The notes: generated from the sequence alone by a model not told the origin. DNA of 64,000 nt from Candidatus Heimdallarchaeota archaeon (GCA_021399395.1 JAAFKJ010000047.1:8447-72446); one strand, 5' to 3'. Positions 30,460 to 41,345 are shown, counted from the first letter of the stretch. A program made the numbers and translations.

Positions 30460-30827
30460 ATGTGAGGATTATGGAAAACATAATTATAGTTAAACTGAAA
30501 GATTTCATTAATAAGATTGACAGAGCAGCAGGTATTCAACTAGTTATGATTTTCATGACTCTTGTTGCTTTTATTATACTATTATATATTCAAAAGTATC
30601 TGCCAAGTTTTGAAGGCTCTCAAACCAAATTAATTATTGTTGATATTCTTTTAGGGGTTGGTTTGTTAATTGAATTTGGTTATTTCATATGGCATACCAA
30701 TAAACAAGGAAAAGAGGAAAGCACTAAAAAGGCAGAAAACAAAGAATCCACAGCAGAAAACTCAGTGGAAATAGAGAATTTAGTAGAAACAGAAAATAAG
30801 GAAGTTATTCCAGAAAAGGACAAATAA
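30456..30827 (+). CDS. Hypothetical two-TM membrane protein
   Basis: Two hydrophobic helices and a charged tail; overlaps the mutL stop. Confidence 0.65.
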   Translation: MNVRIMENIIIVKLKDFINKIDRAAGIQLVMIFMTLVAFIILLYIQKYLPSFEGSQTKLIIVDILLGVGLLIEFGYFIWHTNKQGKEESTKKAENKESTAENSVEIENLVETENKEVIPEKDK

Positions 30828-30831
30828 ATCT

Positions 30832-31236
30832 CTACTTCTTATTTTTACTCTTTCGTTTTCCATAAATTTCTTCTATTTTTTCTTTTGACAACATAACAGG
30901 GATTCCTTCTTTTATCGCATATTCATGGTTTTTATCTTCACTACAAAAGATTTTACCGTTCAGAATATCAATTTGAAAACATTGTTTACAGTCGTCTAGA
31001 TTTACATATTCTTTAATTTGTGTTATCGATTTAGCTGCTTCCTCACCTTTGCCATCTACTGTAACTAACATGAATTGTTTAAAATTGCAGAAAAATCCAC
31101 AAATTACACCAGTGTCTGGGTTTTCTAAAGGTAATGATATAATTTCATCTTCCTTCACTTCTTGAGTAATTTCCAACTTCAAAGGCCAAGATTTGTCAAT
31201 AGGACAAGCCAATAAATCCATCAATCTATGTTTCAT
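30832..31236 (-). CDS. trm112: Trm112 family methyltransferase activator
   Basis: MK..LMDLLACP.DK..PL.L and C...Y.IKEGIPVML termini; GGAGG SD. Confidence 0.85.
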   Translation of the reverse strand: MKHRLMDLLACPIDKSWPLKLEITQEVKEDEIISLPLENPDTGVICGFFCNFKQFMLVTVDGKGEEAAKSITQIKEYVNLDDCKQCFQIDILNGKIFCSEDKNHEYAIKEGIPVMLSKEKIEEIYGKRKSKNKK

Positions 31237-31281
31237 TAACCTCCTTTAGAAGAGCATGAATAATAATTTTACTATCAAAAA

Positions 31282-32013
31282 TCATTTTTCCATAATTGAT
31301 GTAATATAATTATGATCTAATTTCTCATAGCGTTCTATAGAACCAATGTCTTCCCAATAAACATCTTTTGGCACATAAGCAGACATCTGCTCTTGTTTTG
31401 CAAACTGAGGAAAGATATCTCTTGATAAATCCACACTTATATTCTCGTTGAAATCATTGAGATAATTAAATATAACTGGTTCCAAAACACTAATTCCTGT
31501 ATTCACAAAAAGTGGAATCTCAGGTTTCTCTACAAATTTTGTCACCTTATTTTCTAAGTTAATCTCAGCTGTTCCAACTCTTAATTTCCATCCTTTTGAT
31601 GCCAAAATTGTTGCCCAAGTTTTTTGTTTATGATGGTAAGATAACATATCTGTAAAATCAACATTAGTAATTATATCAGAAAAATATATTATCAATCTTT
31701 TATTTTCTAAAAACTCTCTTGCATTTAACAATGCAGTACCTGTCCCCACAGGACCAGGTTTATCGGGAACATAAGTCAAGTTCATACCAAGTTTGTTTCC
31801 GTCCCCAAAATAACCTTCAATTTGCTCCTTCTTATAATTCACTAGAAGAACGACATCATTTATTTTATGTCTCTTGAAATGTTTTAAAACATACTCCAAT
31901 ATAGGAACTTGATTTACTCCAATAGGCAGCATTACTTTTTGCATGTAGTAGGTTAATGGTCGCATTCTTGTCCCTTCCCCACCACAGAAAAGAACTCCAG
32001 TAGTATCCGACAT
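31282..32013 (-). CDS. Sugar-phosphate nucleotidyltransferase
   Basis: GGEGTRMRPLT...KVMLPI, YFGDG, GTG.AL, FVEKP, WEDIG; ATG 32013 preferred. Confidence 0.9.
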   Translation of the reverse strand: MSDTTGVLFCGGEGTRMRPLTYYMQKVMLPIGVNQVPILEYVLKHFKRHKINDVVLLVNYKKEQIEGYFGDGNKLGMNLTYVPDKPGPVGTGTALLNAREFLENKRLIIYFSDIITNVDFTDMLSYHHKQKTWATILASKGWKLRVGTAEINLENKVTKFVEKPEIPLFVNTGISVLEPVIFNYLNDFNENISVDLSRDIFPQFAKQEQMSAYVPKDVYWEDIGSIERYEKLDHNYITSIMEK

Positions 32014-32148
32014 CTCAGATGAAAGACTAAAATAACATTGATATTTGTTGTGATTTGCACAAAATGTAATAATATTTTTCCTCAAATGCTATTAAGTCAT
32101 TTTCAGCTTAAGAAATTCTTATTAACTCTGAAAGCATGTATATTAAAC

Positions 32149-32805
32149 ATGGATACGTCTAGAACATCTACTTTAGATGAGATTTCGCAGAAGCTCAAAG
32201 ATAATATTGCATTGAACTACTGGAAAGGCAGAGGAAACAGACAAACTTTCCGAGAGGATGTTAAAAAACTTGTAGCTAATGAGATATTAACGAAAGATGA
32301 GTATAATTATTTGTTAAAGAATGAACGTAGAGTGTTAGTAAAAACTCAACTTATTCATCTTATACCCGAATTACAATCGCAAGAGGTTGTAGAAAAAACG
32401 CTCAAACATCTTTCCAACGTTGTTTTTAGTAAGAAATACAAAGAAGCAGAAACAAGAAAAGAGGAACTAGAAAATCAATTAATATCCCAAATATCTGAAC
32501 ATCTCCATTCAACACTTCATCCAAAAGTAACTACAATTAATGAAGCATTTTCTTTTATTAAAAGTTTAATAGAAGAAAGTTCAGATCTTACAAAAGAATA
32601 TCTAAAAATCTCAAATCAACTTTTAGAGATAAGAGATGTCTTTCTTGAACAAGGGAAAAGTCCTATGCTTCTGCACGATTTAGAGAAACTGTCAACCAAG
32701 ATGATTTTTGCTTCAAAAAGCAATGAACCAGCAGAACAACCAACAAAAGAAGAGTTGATTTCTATATTAACTGATATACAAATTAGCTCAGGTGTTTCTC
32801 AGTAG
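32149..32805 (+). CDS. Hypothetical helical protein
   Basis: Long ORF; ATG 32149 avoids overlap with the divergent gene; no motif recognised. Confidence 0.65.
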   Translation: MDTSRTSTLDEISQKLKDNIALNYWKGRGNRQTFREDVKKLVANEILTKDEYNYLLKNERRVLVKTQLIHLIPELQSQEVVEKTLKHLSNVVFSKKYKEAETRKEELENQLISQISEHLHSTLHPKVTTINEAFSFIKSLIEESSDLTKEYLKISNQLLEIRDVFLEQGKSPMLLHDLEKLSTKMIFASKSNEPAEQPTKEELISILTDIQISSGVSQ

Positions 32806-32903
32806 AGGAATCTATTTCATCCCCATATTTCGCTCTTTTCTTCTATACTTGGTAAAGCAAAATATTTTATAATGAAGCATAGTTTAGTTTTTAGAACCAA
32901 TTT

Positions 32904-34088
32904 TTGGAGAGAAAGCGTTTGAACAGAATTAAAACAATTGCATCAGAATCAGTAACAGAAGGTCATCCAGATAAAATCTGTGATCAGATATCAGATGCGA
33001 TTTTAGATGAACTTATCAAAAAAGATCCTGATGCTCATGTTGCTTGTGAGTGCTTTGTAACAACAGGACTTGTGTTATTGGGTGGAGAGATAACAACCAC
33101 TAAACCAGTTATTATAGATTACGAGAAAATTGTTCGTTCAACAATCAAAGAGATTGGTTATGATGATTCTAGTATAGGATTTGATTACAGAGGTTGTGCG
33201 ATTATTAACACTATACATTCCCAATCTCCGGACATTGCACAAGGAGTGAGAAAGGATGAAGTTGAAGAGCAAGGTGCTGGGGATCAAGGAATTATGTATG
33301 GTTATGCAACTAATGAAACACCAGAGTTTATGCCTCTCCCCATTGTTTTAGCACATAAACTTACACAAAAACTTACAGATGTTCGCAAAAAGGGAATTCT
33401 ACCTTTTCTTAGACCTGATGGTAAATCATTGGTAGCAGTTGAGTATAAAGATGATAAACCCTTCAGAATCGCAGCGATTGTAATAGCAGCTCAACATACA
33501 CAAGAAGCTACTAACGAAGAAATAGATAAAGGAATTAGAAAAGAAGTTATTGAAACTATTGTCGATAAGAAATTAGTAGATGAAAAAACAAAAATATTCA
33601 TTAACAGAACTGGCAGATTCGTCACAGGTGGCCCTCATGGAGATGCGGGGTTAACAGGTAGAAAAATTATTGTAGACACTTATGGTGGCGTTGATTCCCA
33701 TGGAGGAGGAGCTTTCTCTGGGAAAGACCCTTCAAAGGTTGATCGTTCTGCGTCTTATGCGGCTAGATATATGGCCAAGAATGTTGTTGCAGCAGGTTTA
33801 GCAGATAAATGCGAAATTCAGGTTTCCTATGCGATAGGAGAACCCCAACCTCTAGCTGTCAACGTTGAGTGTTTTGGAACAGAAAAAGTAGATAAAGACA
33901 AACTACAAAAAGCAGTTTTAAACGTATTTGACTTTAGACCTGGAAAAATAATCAAGCATCTTGATTTGAAAAAACCAATTTACAAAAAGACATCTTGTTA
34001 TGGTCATTTTGGAAGAAACTTGCCAGAATTTACTTGGGAAAAGACAGACAAAGTTGATGAGCTGAAAAGAGCTTTAAATATCGAATAA
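32904..34088 (+). CDS. metK: Methionine adenosyltransferase, bacterial/eukaryal type
   Basis: [46 protein letters not shown]. Confidence 0.97.
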   Translation: MERKRLNRIKTIASESVTEGHPDKICDQISDAILDELIKKDPDAHVACECFVTTGLVLLGGEITTTKPVIIDYEKIVRSTIKEIGYDDSSIGFDYRGCAIINTIHSQSPDIAQGVRKDEVEEQGAGDQGIMYGYATNETPEFMPLPIVLAHKLTQKLTDVRKKGILPFLRPDGKSLVAVEYKDDKPFRIAAIVIAAQHTQEATNEEIDKGIRKEVIETIVDKKLVDEKTKIFINRTGRFVTGGPHGDAGLTGRKIIVDTYGGVDSHGGGAFSGKDPSKVDRSASYAARYMAKNVVAAGLADKCEIQVSYAIGEPQPLAVNVECFGTEKVDKDKLQKAVLNVFDFRPGKIIKHLDLKKPIYKKTSCYGHFGRNLPEFTWEKTDKVDELKRALNIE

Positions 34089-34150
34089 GAGATAATTCAT
34101 TATTTCTATTCACAAACATTTTTTATCTATAAATTGTTACGTCCGAAAGT

Positions 34151-34825
34151 ATGTGCGCAAATGAGAGCTCTAAGGTCAAAAAAATAATAATTAAAATTTT
34201 GACTGAAGAAAAGCCCAAAACTGTAAGAAAATTATCGGAAAGGGCAGTAGAGCTTTCTAAAAAGGATAAGAATCTTATATATAATTCAATCAGAGAGATG
34301 GAACAAGAGGGAGAGATTCGTTTAGGTTCTGAGAAAATTGAAAGAAAATTACCTAAAACAATTTCCCAGTATTTTCTACAAATTCATTATTATTCAATAG
34401 AATTTTGGACATTGATTGTACTAACTACTATTTTCTTTCTAACTGTCCTTCTAATTCCTCAAGGTTCCCCTTTCTACTTCCTAAGAGTTATCATGGGCGT
34501 CACCTATGGTTTTGTAATTCCGGGTTGGGCGATTAGTAGTATAATATTTCCTAAACTCTATGAAACAATTGACCAAATTGAAAGAACATTGCTTGCAATA
34601 GGAATAAATGTTGGAACTATGATATTTGGAGGTTTGATTTTAGATCAAATATGGGCGATAGATAATTTACCATTTGTAATTGTTCTTGGTTCTCTTACCA
34701 TAGTTTCTGCTATAGGATCAGGAATAATTAGAATATTGATTGGATCTGATAAGATAACCTTGTTACAGCTTAGAATAAAAGATAGAATATTCAAGAAGGA
34801 TGAGAGAGATGAAAAGGAAAATTAG
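34151..34825 (+). CDS. Membrane protein, wHTH-like N-terminus plus DUF1616-like TM domain
   Basis: Soluble helical N-terminus, then LR...G......PGW.....FP.....D.IER..L.IG TM pattern. Confidence 0.6.
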   Translation: MCANESSKVKKIIIKILTEEKPKTVRKLSERAVELSKKDKNLIYNSIREMEQEGEIRLGSEKIERKLPKTISQYFLQIHYYSIEFWTLIVLTTIFFLTVLLIPQGSPFYFLRVIMGVTYGFVIPGWAISSIIFPKLYETIDQIERTLLAIGINVGTMIFGGLILDQIWAIDNLPFVIVLGSLTIVSAIGSGIIRILIGSDKITLLQLRIKDRIFKKDERDEKEN

Positions 34826-35333
34826 ATTCATCATAATCACTATTTGTTGTTTTTTGATTGTAATAGCAATGTCAATGCCTATTACTTCACAAACTCAGCA
34901 AACTGCCCTTCTTGCCATTCAACAAGCTGATGATAAATTACTCGAGGTAGTTTCATCCTTGGAAGAAGCTTCAAGGTCTAACATAGATATTCGAGACCTG
35001 GTAATTACTACAGAGGATGCACGTCAATTAATTGCAATTGCAAAGGAGATGTATAATGAAGCAAGTTATACTGCAGCTTATAGCAATGCAATTAACGCAA
35101 ATGAAGAACTTGATTCAGTAGTTGATGAAGTCGAATTAAGAACTGACAATAATCAGCAGAATAGAACAATCTTATTTTCACTTCTTGGAGTATTTTCTGC
35201 CATTTTTACCGGTTTGGTTATCTTTCTAATCATTAGAAAAGGATACCCCTGGTATTTAGAGAAGCGCAATGAAGAATTTGGTAAGCTAGAAATACAGTAT
35301 ATTGAGAAAACTGAAGGTGTTAAAGATGAGTAA
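34800..35333 (+). CDS. Secreted helical protein with C-terminal TM
   Basis: Signal peptide, Ala-rich amphipathic helices, one C-terminal TM. Confidence 0.65.
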   Translation: MREMKRKIRFIIITICCFLIVIAMSMPITSQTQQTALLAIQQADDKLLEVVSSLEEASRSNIDIRDLVITTEDARQLIAIAKEMYNEASYTAAYSNAINANEELDSVVDEVELRTDNNQQNRTILFSLLGVFSAIFTGLVIFLIIRKGYPWYLEKRNEEFGKLEIQYIEKTEGVKDE

Positions 35334-35925
35334 AAAACTATTATCATCTCAAAAGAAGAGATTACTAACTGTAGCCATTTTTACAGTACTTATTATCTCA
35401 ATAATAGCCATAGCATCCAGCATTTTCTTCCCTACTACTAGTAGCGGATTCAGTGAACTATCTCTTTTAACCTATAATGATTCGTCACAAACATTTGAAG
35501 CAGATAGATATCCATATTCTCTTGAATCAGGAGTAAATAGAACTATTTTCTTTATGGTGAAGAACTTTGAAGATGTTGTAAAATATTATCAGATTCAGAT
35601 TAAGGTCACCAAAATCTCTCAGAACGCCACATATGAATATCCTTTGAATTCAGCCAAATCCCATCTACTTTATGAAAATGATACTTATGAAAAGATTCTC
35701 TCTCCTGCTACAAGAAATGAAAAAAGAGAAAGTGGAACTTTTTCAGGTGATTATATTTGGAGCCCTGTAAACGTTACTCTATATTCTAATGCACTTGTTG
35801 AAGCTGTATTAGAAGGAGATGATTTTATGAAAATAGTTTTTGAATTATGGGAATTTAACTCAACAAGTAATAGTTTTGAGTATTCAGGAATTTTCACATT
35901 TTTAGAGCTACTATATTACTATTAG
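35302..35925 (+). CDS. DUF1616-like membrane-anchored extracellular domain
   Basis: N-terminal TM then FSELSLL...YP...V.N.E...Y...KIVFELW. Confidence 0.6.
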   Translation: MRKLKVLKMSKKLLSSQKKRLLTVAIFTVLIISIIAIASSIFFPTTSSGFSELSLLTYNDSSQTFEADRYPYSLESGVNRTIFFMVKNFEDVVKYYQIQIKVTKISQNATYEYPLNSAKSHLLYENDTYEKILSPATRNEKRESGTFSGDYIWSPVNVTLYSNALVEAVLEGDDFMKIVFELWEFNSTSNSFEYSGIFTFLELLYYY

Positions 35926-35935
35926 GTGACTGAGT

Positions 35936-36583
35936 TTGGTGCTAAAATTACTAGTGTTGTCTGACATTCACAATCAAGATATAACTTTGAAAGCTATATT
36001 ACAAGCTGTAGAAAAATTTGGAGGTAAACCAGATTTCTGTTTGATTGCTGGAGATATAACTAATTTTGGAACCACCAGAAATTTAGAGGATATACTAAAT
36101 ATTATAGTTGACCAAATTCCTAATACATTCTATGTCATCGGAAATTGTGATCCAGTTACAGATGGTGTTAATCTAGAAACTTCTGCGATAGATGTTGAAG
36201 CTAAATCTCAGGAAATGGGCTCTTACTCAATCATAGGTTTTGGAACACACAAACCTAAATTGGACCAAAAGAAGCTGAAGAAACTCAAAAAGGTTAACAA
36301 ACAAGTATGTTTGCTTACACATGCACCGCCCTTCAAGACATCGACCGATATGGTGTACCCGAATAGGCATGTGGGATCTAAACAGCTTAGAGAATTTATT
36401 GAAAAAAATGAGCACATATTCTTATCAATTTCAGGACACATACATGATTCTCCAGCAATATCAAAACTAAATAATTGTACAATTGTAAACCCCGGTCCTG
36501 TAACTACAGGAAACTTTGCTATTATTGAAATTCAAAAGAATTTAAAGATTAAAGGAAAAATATACAACTTATACGAGCTGTAG
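35936..36583 (+). CDS. Calcineurin-like metallophosphoesterase
   Basis: SDIH, GDIT, GNCD, THAPP, GHIH. Confidence 0.9.
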   Translation: MVLKLLVLSDIHNQDITLKAILQAVEKFGGKPDFCLIAGDITNFGTTRNLEDILNIIVDQIPNTFYVIGNCDPVTDGVNLETSAIDVEAKSQEMGSYSIIGFGTHKPKLDQKKLKKLKKVNKQVCLLTHAPPFKTSTDMVYPNRHVGSKQLREFIEKNEHIFLSISGHIHDSPAISKLNNCTIVNPGPVTTGNFAIIEIQKNLKIKGKIYNLYEL

Positions 36584-36589
36584 GCAAAA

Positions 36590-37252
36590 ATGTCAAACAA
36601 GGAATACAAAATGAAATATATTCCTACAAAATCAGAATTTAGGAAGATTATTTCTAAAGCTCATATCATTGTTAAAAAAGAGCTTCATACAGAAACTAAC
36701 AAGAAATTTCACTCTCTTGAACATACACTTAGAGTTGTCAACACATGTTTATTTCTCTCTGAGAAGCTAGATGCTTATGTAGATGTTGTTGTACTTGCAG
36801 CAATATTTCATGACATAGGCCGACCAATTGAAAGTAAAACTGGCAGATGTCATGCTGAAATAGGTGCAGAACAAGCTGAGCAATTTCTAAATCAGGAAGG
36901 CTTGATTGACCTAACCAAGGATGTCTGTGATGCAATAAAATCACATAGATTCAGTAAAAATATTGAACCTATCTCTTTGGAAGCTAAAATCCTCCAGGAT
37001 GCGGACACTCTTGATGCCCTAGGGGCCTTAGGTCTTTACAGAACACTAGGTTTCAGTTTTGAAAGAGGATTGAATCTAGATGAATCCATAGAACACTTCC
37101 ATGATAAACTGTTCAAATTATCATCGAGGATGCATTTCCCAGAATCCAAAAAATTGGCTGAGGAAAAAGAAAAAATCCTATATGATTTTGTTGAAGGTGT
37201 TGATTTAGATAAAGAAAAATCCGATTTTAATAATATCTTGAATCAGTTGTAG
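36590..37252 (+). CDS. HD-domain phosphohydrolase
   Basis: H...HTLRV, FHDIGR, HRFS, QDADTLDALGA. Confidence 0.9.
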   Translation: MSNKEYKMKYIPTKSEFRKIISKAHIIVKKELHTETNKKFHSLEHTLRVVNTCLFLSEKLDAYVDVVVLAAIFHDIGRPIESKTGRCHAEIGAEQAEQFLNQEGLIDLTKDVCDAIKSHRFSKNIEPISLEAKILQDADTLDALGALGLYRTLGFSFERGLNLDESIEHFHDKLFKLSSRMHFPESKKLAEEKEKILYDFVEGVDLDKEKSDFNNILNQL

Positions 37253-37330
37253 AGAATATGGTAAAGAAGCAGAATCTTAAATATACCTTAAACCATAATT
37301 TTTACTTGAGCAGTAAAGCTAGGTGAATAT

Positions 37331-38029
37331 ATGACCACTCTCAATAATGGCGACATTGTAAATTTGAACTATACAGGTAGAACTAAGGAAGATGACAAAG
37401 TAGTTGATACTACAATAGAGAGCATAGCAAAAAAAGAAAATATCTTCGATGAGAAAGTTATCTATAGGCCTTTTACACTAATCGTTGGGAAGAAATGGCT
37501 ACCTAGTGGTTTGGAAGAAGCATTAATAGGCATGAAAGAAGGCCAGAAGAAAACTATTGAAATAGATGCAAAAAATGGTTTTGGACTCAGAGATCGTTCC
37601 AAAATCAGATTAATTCAAAGAAGAGAATTTCAAAGACATCAGATTAAACCAAAGGAAGACATGAAAGTAGAAATAGGGGGTCAAACAGGAAGAATCCTCA
37701 AAGTTTCAAGCAGTAGAGTCAAAGTCGATTTCAACCACGATTTAGCTGGTATGGATTTAATTTATGAGGTTGAGATCGTAAAGAAAATCACTGACATTAA
37801 AGAACAATTCATCTGTTTACTTGAAAAACGGTTACCAGGAGTAGATTTCTCACCAACAAAAATCAACATCAAAAATAAGGTTGTTGAAGTTGAGCTGCCT
37901 AAAGATACTCGATTCATGGAGTATATTCAATTTATCAGAAATGGCGTATCGAGAGATTTAGGAGAAATAACTAACAAGTTTGATAAGATAACCTTTATTG
38001 AGCATTATGATATTGAAAAGAAGAAATAA
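37331..38029 (+). CDS. FKBP-type peptidyl-prolyl isomerase (long archaeal SlyD type)
   Basis: GD.V..NYTG, DTT, GLEEAL, VDFNH.LAG. Confidence 0.9.
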   Translation: MTTLNNGDIVNLNYTGRTKEDDKVVDTTIESIAKKENIFDEKVIYRPFTLIVGKKWLPSGLEEALIGMKEGQKKTIEIDAKNGFGLRDRSKIRLIQRREFQRHQIKPKEDMKVEIGGQTGRILKVSSSRVKVDFNHDLAGMDLIYEVEIVKKITDIKEQFICLLEKRLPGVDFSPTKINIKNKVVEVELPKDTRFMEYIQFIRNGVSRDLGEITNKFDKITFIEHYDIEKKK

Positions 38030-38038
38030 TCTACTAAG

Positions 38039-38476
38039 TTATTTCGTTATTTTCTCTCCTTCTACCAATACTAGTTGATAGTTGAGAGGGCAATTTATTT
38101 TCCCTAAATTCTTTAGAATTTTAATCTTGGTTGTTTTACTGTACTTTTCTGAAACGCAATAATCATAGTTTTCACATAGAATTTCAACACAATCAATAGT
38201 TTCTCTTGTAACAACCACATTATCAAGATATTTCTGTTGTCTAACTGATATTTTATCATTTTTTTGTTTCAATTCACAAACAACCATCATACTATTATCA
38301 ATCAAACAAGGATGTTCTTTCTCCCTAACTTGTATAACTTCATATGTACTACCAGTTTCTAAAGAATTTACACATACAGAAAGTAGGTTGCATTTTTGAC
38401 AAGTTTGAGTACTGCCAAGATGCGTAAACTGATATCCTTTTTGCGCAACACCCTTAGGTACCAATGAGATTACCAT
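38039..38476 (-). CDS. UPF0179 family protein
   Basis: Cys pattern CxxC...C...H.C; conserved neighbour of egsA. Confidence 0.8.
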   Translation of the reverse strand: MVISLVPKGVAQKGYQFTHLGSTQTCQKCNLLSVCVNSLETGSTYEVIQVREKEHPCLIDNSMMVVCELKQKNDKISVRQQKYLDNVVVTRETIDCVEILCENYDYCVSEKYSKTTKIKILKNLGKINCPLNYQLVLVEGEKITK

Positions 38477-38524
38477 TTCGTGGTAAGTAAAGTCATAGTG
38501 TTTTTTAATATTCTCAATTAAGTG

Positions 38525-39592
38525 TCAGTTTATTACACCAGTAACTGTCGCTACTTTTACTGCAGCATCACTTGTTAAACCATCTTTTCCTAAAATAGTA
38601 TAACGTTCAGGCCTTATACTATGAGCAGTTTCTAGAGCTTTAATCACTTCCTCGTCCTTCAATCCTAAATCTTTAGCAGTCACAGGTAAACCTAAGTGAA
38701 TCATAATATTCTTTGTTGATTCCCAATCAAGATCGTGAAGATAACCCATCATAATACTACCCAGCGCACATTGTTCCCCATGCAATGCTGGTTTTTCTGC
38801 TATTGTGTCTAATGCATGACTGAACATATGTTCTGATCCACTTCCTGGTCTTGAAGACCCTGCTACACACATCGCAAGTGAGCTACTTATGAGGGCTTTT
38901 ACAACAATTCTACTATATCCCGAAACTTGACTTTTGATTACATTAGCTTTTTTAGTTATAAGTTGGACCGTCATATCTGATAAAGCAATTGAATATTCAC
39001 TGATCAGTTCATTCTTTAGTCGATGAGAAAGCATCCAATCAGCTATTGCTGTCCCTTTGGCTAATAAATCGCCACATCCAGCAGCTGTGAATCTGTAAGG
39101 TGACTTATCAAGTATGATAGTATCTGCTACAACTGCTATAGGGGGGAGCGCTTGAATTGAATGTCGCTTATCTGAACCCATAATTGAAGCTCTCGAACTA
39201 GCTACGCCATCATGGCTTGCAATAGTTGGTATAGAGATAAATCTCTGATTTGTTTTGTATGCTACAGATTTTGCGATATCTATGGGCCTTCCTCCGCCCA
39301 AACCTATAACAAAATCTGGTTTAATTTCTTTATGAACCCCAATTTGTTTTTCAACTTCATCCATTGTACTATTTTGTATGATACTGGTGAAAACCTCAAT
39401 ATTACCATCAATAAGAATATCCTCAACATCTTTTGCTATTCTAGTTCTGAGAAAATCATCAGTTAATAGTAATGCTTTTTTTCCAAGAGAAAGACGATCA
39501 ACCACTTTTGGAACACTTTTTAGCATATCTGCCCCTAAACAAAGTAGAGTAGGAAGTTCGATAAATTTGAATTCATTTATAACACTGTTCAT
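38525..39592 (-). CDS. egsA: sn-glycerol-1-phosphate dehydrogenase
   Basis: GGGRPIDIAK, PTIASHDG, SSRPGSGSEH.FSH, LHGEQC, RYTIL; ATG 39592 preferred. Confidence 0.95.
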   Translation of the reverse strand: MNSVINEFKFIELPTLLCLGADMLKSVPKVVDRLSLGKKALLLTDDFLRTRIAKDVEDILIDGNIEVFTSIIQNSTMDEVEKQIGVHKEIKPDFVIGLGGGRPIDIAKSVAYKTNQRFISIPTIASHDGVASSRASIMGSDKRHSIQALPPIAVVADTIILDKSPYRFTAAGCGDLLAKGTAIADWMLSHRLKNELISEYSIALSDMTVQLITKKANVIKSQVSGYSRIVVKALISSSLAMCVAGSSRPGSGSEHMFSHALDTIAEKPALHGEQCALGSIMMGYLHDLDWESTKNIMIHLGLPVTAKDLGLKDEEVIKALETAHSIRPERYTILGKDGLTSDAAVKVATVTGVIN

Positions 39593-39662
39593 CTTAAAGA
39601 TGAATTTTAATAGGTTACTTTTATATTTTAACCTAAAATAGTACAAAATAGCTGAGGAGTCA

Positions 39663-40628
39663 ATGAAAATGGTGAATGAATCTGGAGATATTCATCAATT
39701 AGGTAAAGACCTTGGATATCTTCCTTACATGATTGATAGATATATTACAATTTTTGGGGAGGAAGAAACTAAGGAACTTCTTCAGTTCAATGAAACCAAA
39801 CTACCTAAAACCATTAGACTAAATTCATTGAAAAACCCTCCAGAGGAAACAGAGAAATTACTGAGAAAAAAGCAAGTGGTAATGGAACGAGTAAAAAATC
39901 TTCCTGAGGCAAGAAGAATAATTAAATCCCCAATTCCCATCGGCGCATCTGAGGAGTATCTTAATGGTTATTATACCTTACAAGGAGAAAACTCTTTTTA
40001 TCCCACCCAAATACTTAACCCAAAAGAAGAGGATTTAGTTGCCGATCTTGCTGCAGCACCAGGAGGTAAAACATCACATCTAGCGCAATTAATGAAAAAT
40101 AATGGTACAATAATTGCAACCGAAATCAGCACAAATAGATGTAGAAGTTTAAAGTCCAACTTAGCGAGAATGGGTGTTGAGAATACAATAACAATCAACA
40201 TGGATGCCAACGATATTAGTTTATTAGATCTAAAATTTGATAAAATCCTTCTTGATGCTCCTTGTTCAGGATCAGGAATCATTATTTCTGACCCTAGTAG
40301 AAAATCAACAAAAACAAGCGATGATTTGCTTAATTATCACGAACTCCAAGTTTCGCTACTTACAAACGCTATTGATGTTTTAAAGCCACAAGGTGAAATA
40401 GTTTACTCAACATGTTCACTTGAACCAGAGGAAAATGAACTCGTTATCACCAAAATTCTGGATTCAAAACCTGTGAAAATAGAGGAAATAGGTGTTTTTG
40501 GAGAAAATGGTTTGTTGAAGTTTCAAAACTATAATTTTAATCCCGAAGTAGTAAAAGCTAAACACTTGTACCCGCACAAGAGTTGTGGTGAAGGATTTTT
40601 CATTGTAAAGATGGTGAAACAAAAATGA
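39663..40628 (+). CDS. RsmB/NOP2 family RNA m5C methyltransferase
   Basis: DLAAAPGGKT, DAPCSG and YSTCSL..EENE. Confidence 0.93.
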   Translation: MKMVNESGDIHQLGKDLGYLPYMIDRYITIFGEEETKELLQFNETKLPKTIRLNSLKNPPEETEKLLRKKQVVMERVKNLPEARRIIKSPIPIGASEEYLNGYYTLQGENSFYPTQILNPKEEDLVADLAAAPGGKTSHLAQLMKNNGTIIATEISTNRCRSLKSNLARMGVENTITINMDANDISLLDLKFDKILLDAPCSGSGIIISDPSRKSTKTSDDLLNYHELQVSLLTNAIDVLKPQGEIVYSTCSLEPEENELVITKILDSKPVKIEEIGVFGENGLLKFQNYNFNPEVVKAKHLYPHKSCGEGFFIVKMVKQK

Positions 40629-41173
40629 TAATGAATGATTTTACTTTCCGTAGAGCATCAAATTCAGAAAATGAATTGGTTAAAAAACACATTCAGGAAA
40701 AATTCGGTTCAAAAACCATTCAAATATTTTCTCATAAACAGATATGGATTAAGGAAGGAAGGATAAAAGAAGTTTTTCTGGTTCGTGAAAAACTAGAAAA
40801 TATCCTTGATAAACTATCAGAGTGGATATATTCTATGGGTATTCCAATTGGGAGTCTATGTGAAGATATGTTCCAGTTAGAAATAGAGGGTTCGTATCTA
40901 ATATTACCTTATACAAGTAATATAATCAAAGTTAAAACAAATCAATTTCTATATGGTAAACCTATTTTTGTGGAAAATGTTGACTCATTTACTTCCGATT
41001 TCAATAAGGGAGATCATCTAATAATAATTGGGAATAATGATATACATTATGGAGTTGGGAAGGCAGAAATTGGAGCGAGGGAGGCTAATAGTGCTCAACC
41101 AAATACCATACTTGTGAAAGGCTTACAAAATAAACCACTAGATCGAGGATGGTATTTACGTAAGGGAAATTAA
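40625..41173 (+). CDS. NIP7-like PUA-domain ribosome biogenesis protein
   Basis: FLYGK, G.G and C-terminal DRGWYLR; coupled to the NOP2 homologue. Confidence 0.8.
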   Translation: MIMNDFTFRRASNSENELVKKHIQEKFGSKTIQIFSHKQIWIKEGRIKEVFLVREKLENILDKLSEWIYSMGIPIGSLCEDMFQLEIEGSYLILPYTSNIIKVKTNQFLYGKPIFVENVDSFTSDFNKGDHLIIIGNNDIHYGVGKAEIGAREANSAQPNTILVKGLQNKPLDRGWYLRKGN

Positions 41174-41345
41174 TTGTACTTTGTCTCCAAAATTAAATAC
41201 TCTTACAATAAATGAACAGTTTTACTTCTAACAAAATCAAAAAGTATTTAAGTAATCTTTGAGGACGTAACTTAGTTTTAAAGCATGTTATATGCAAATT
41301 GTATTTATTTTGCAGTACATTTGTCTTTGATATAAACATACAGAG

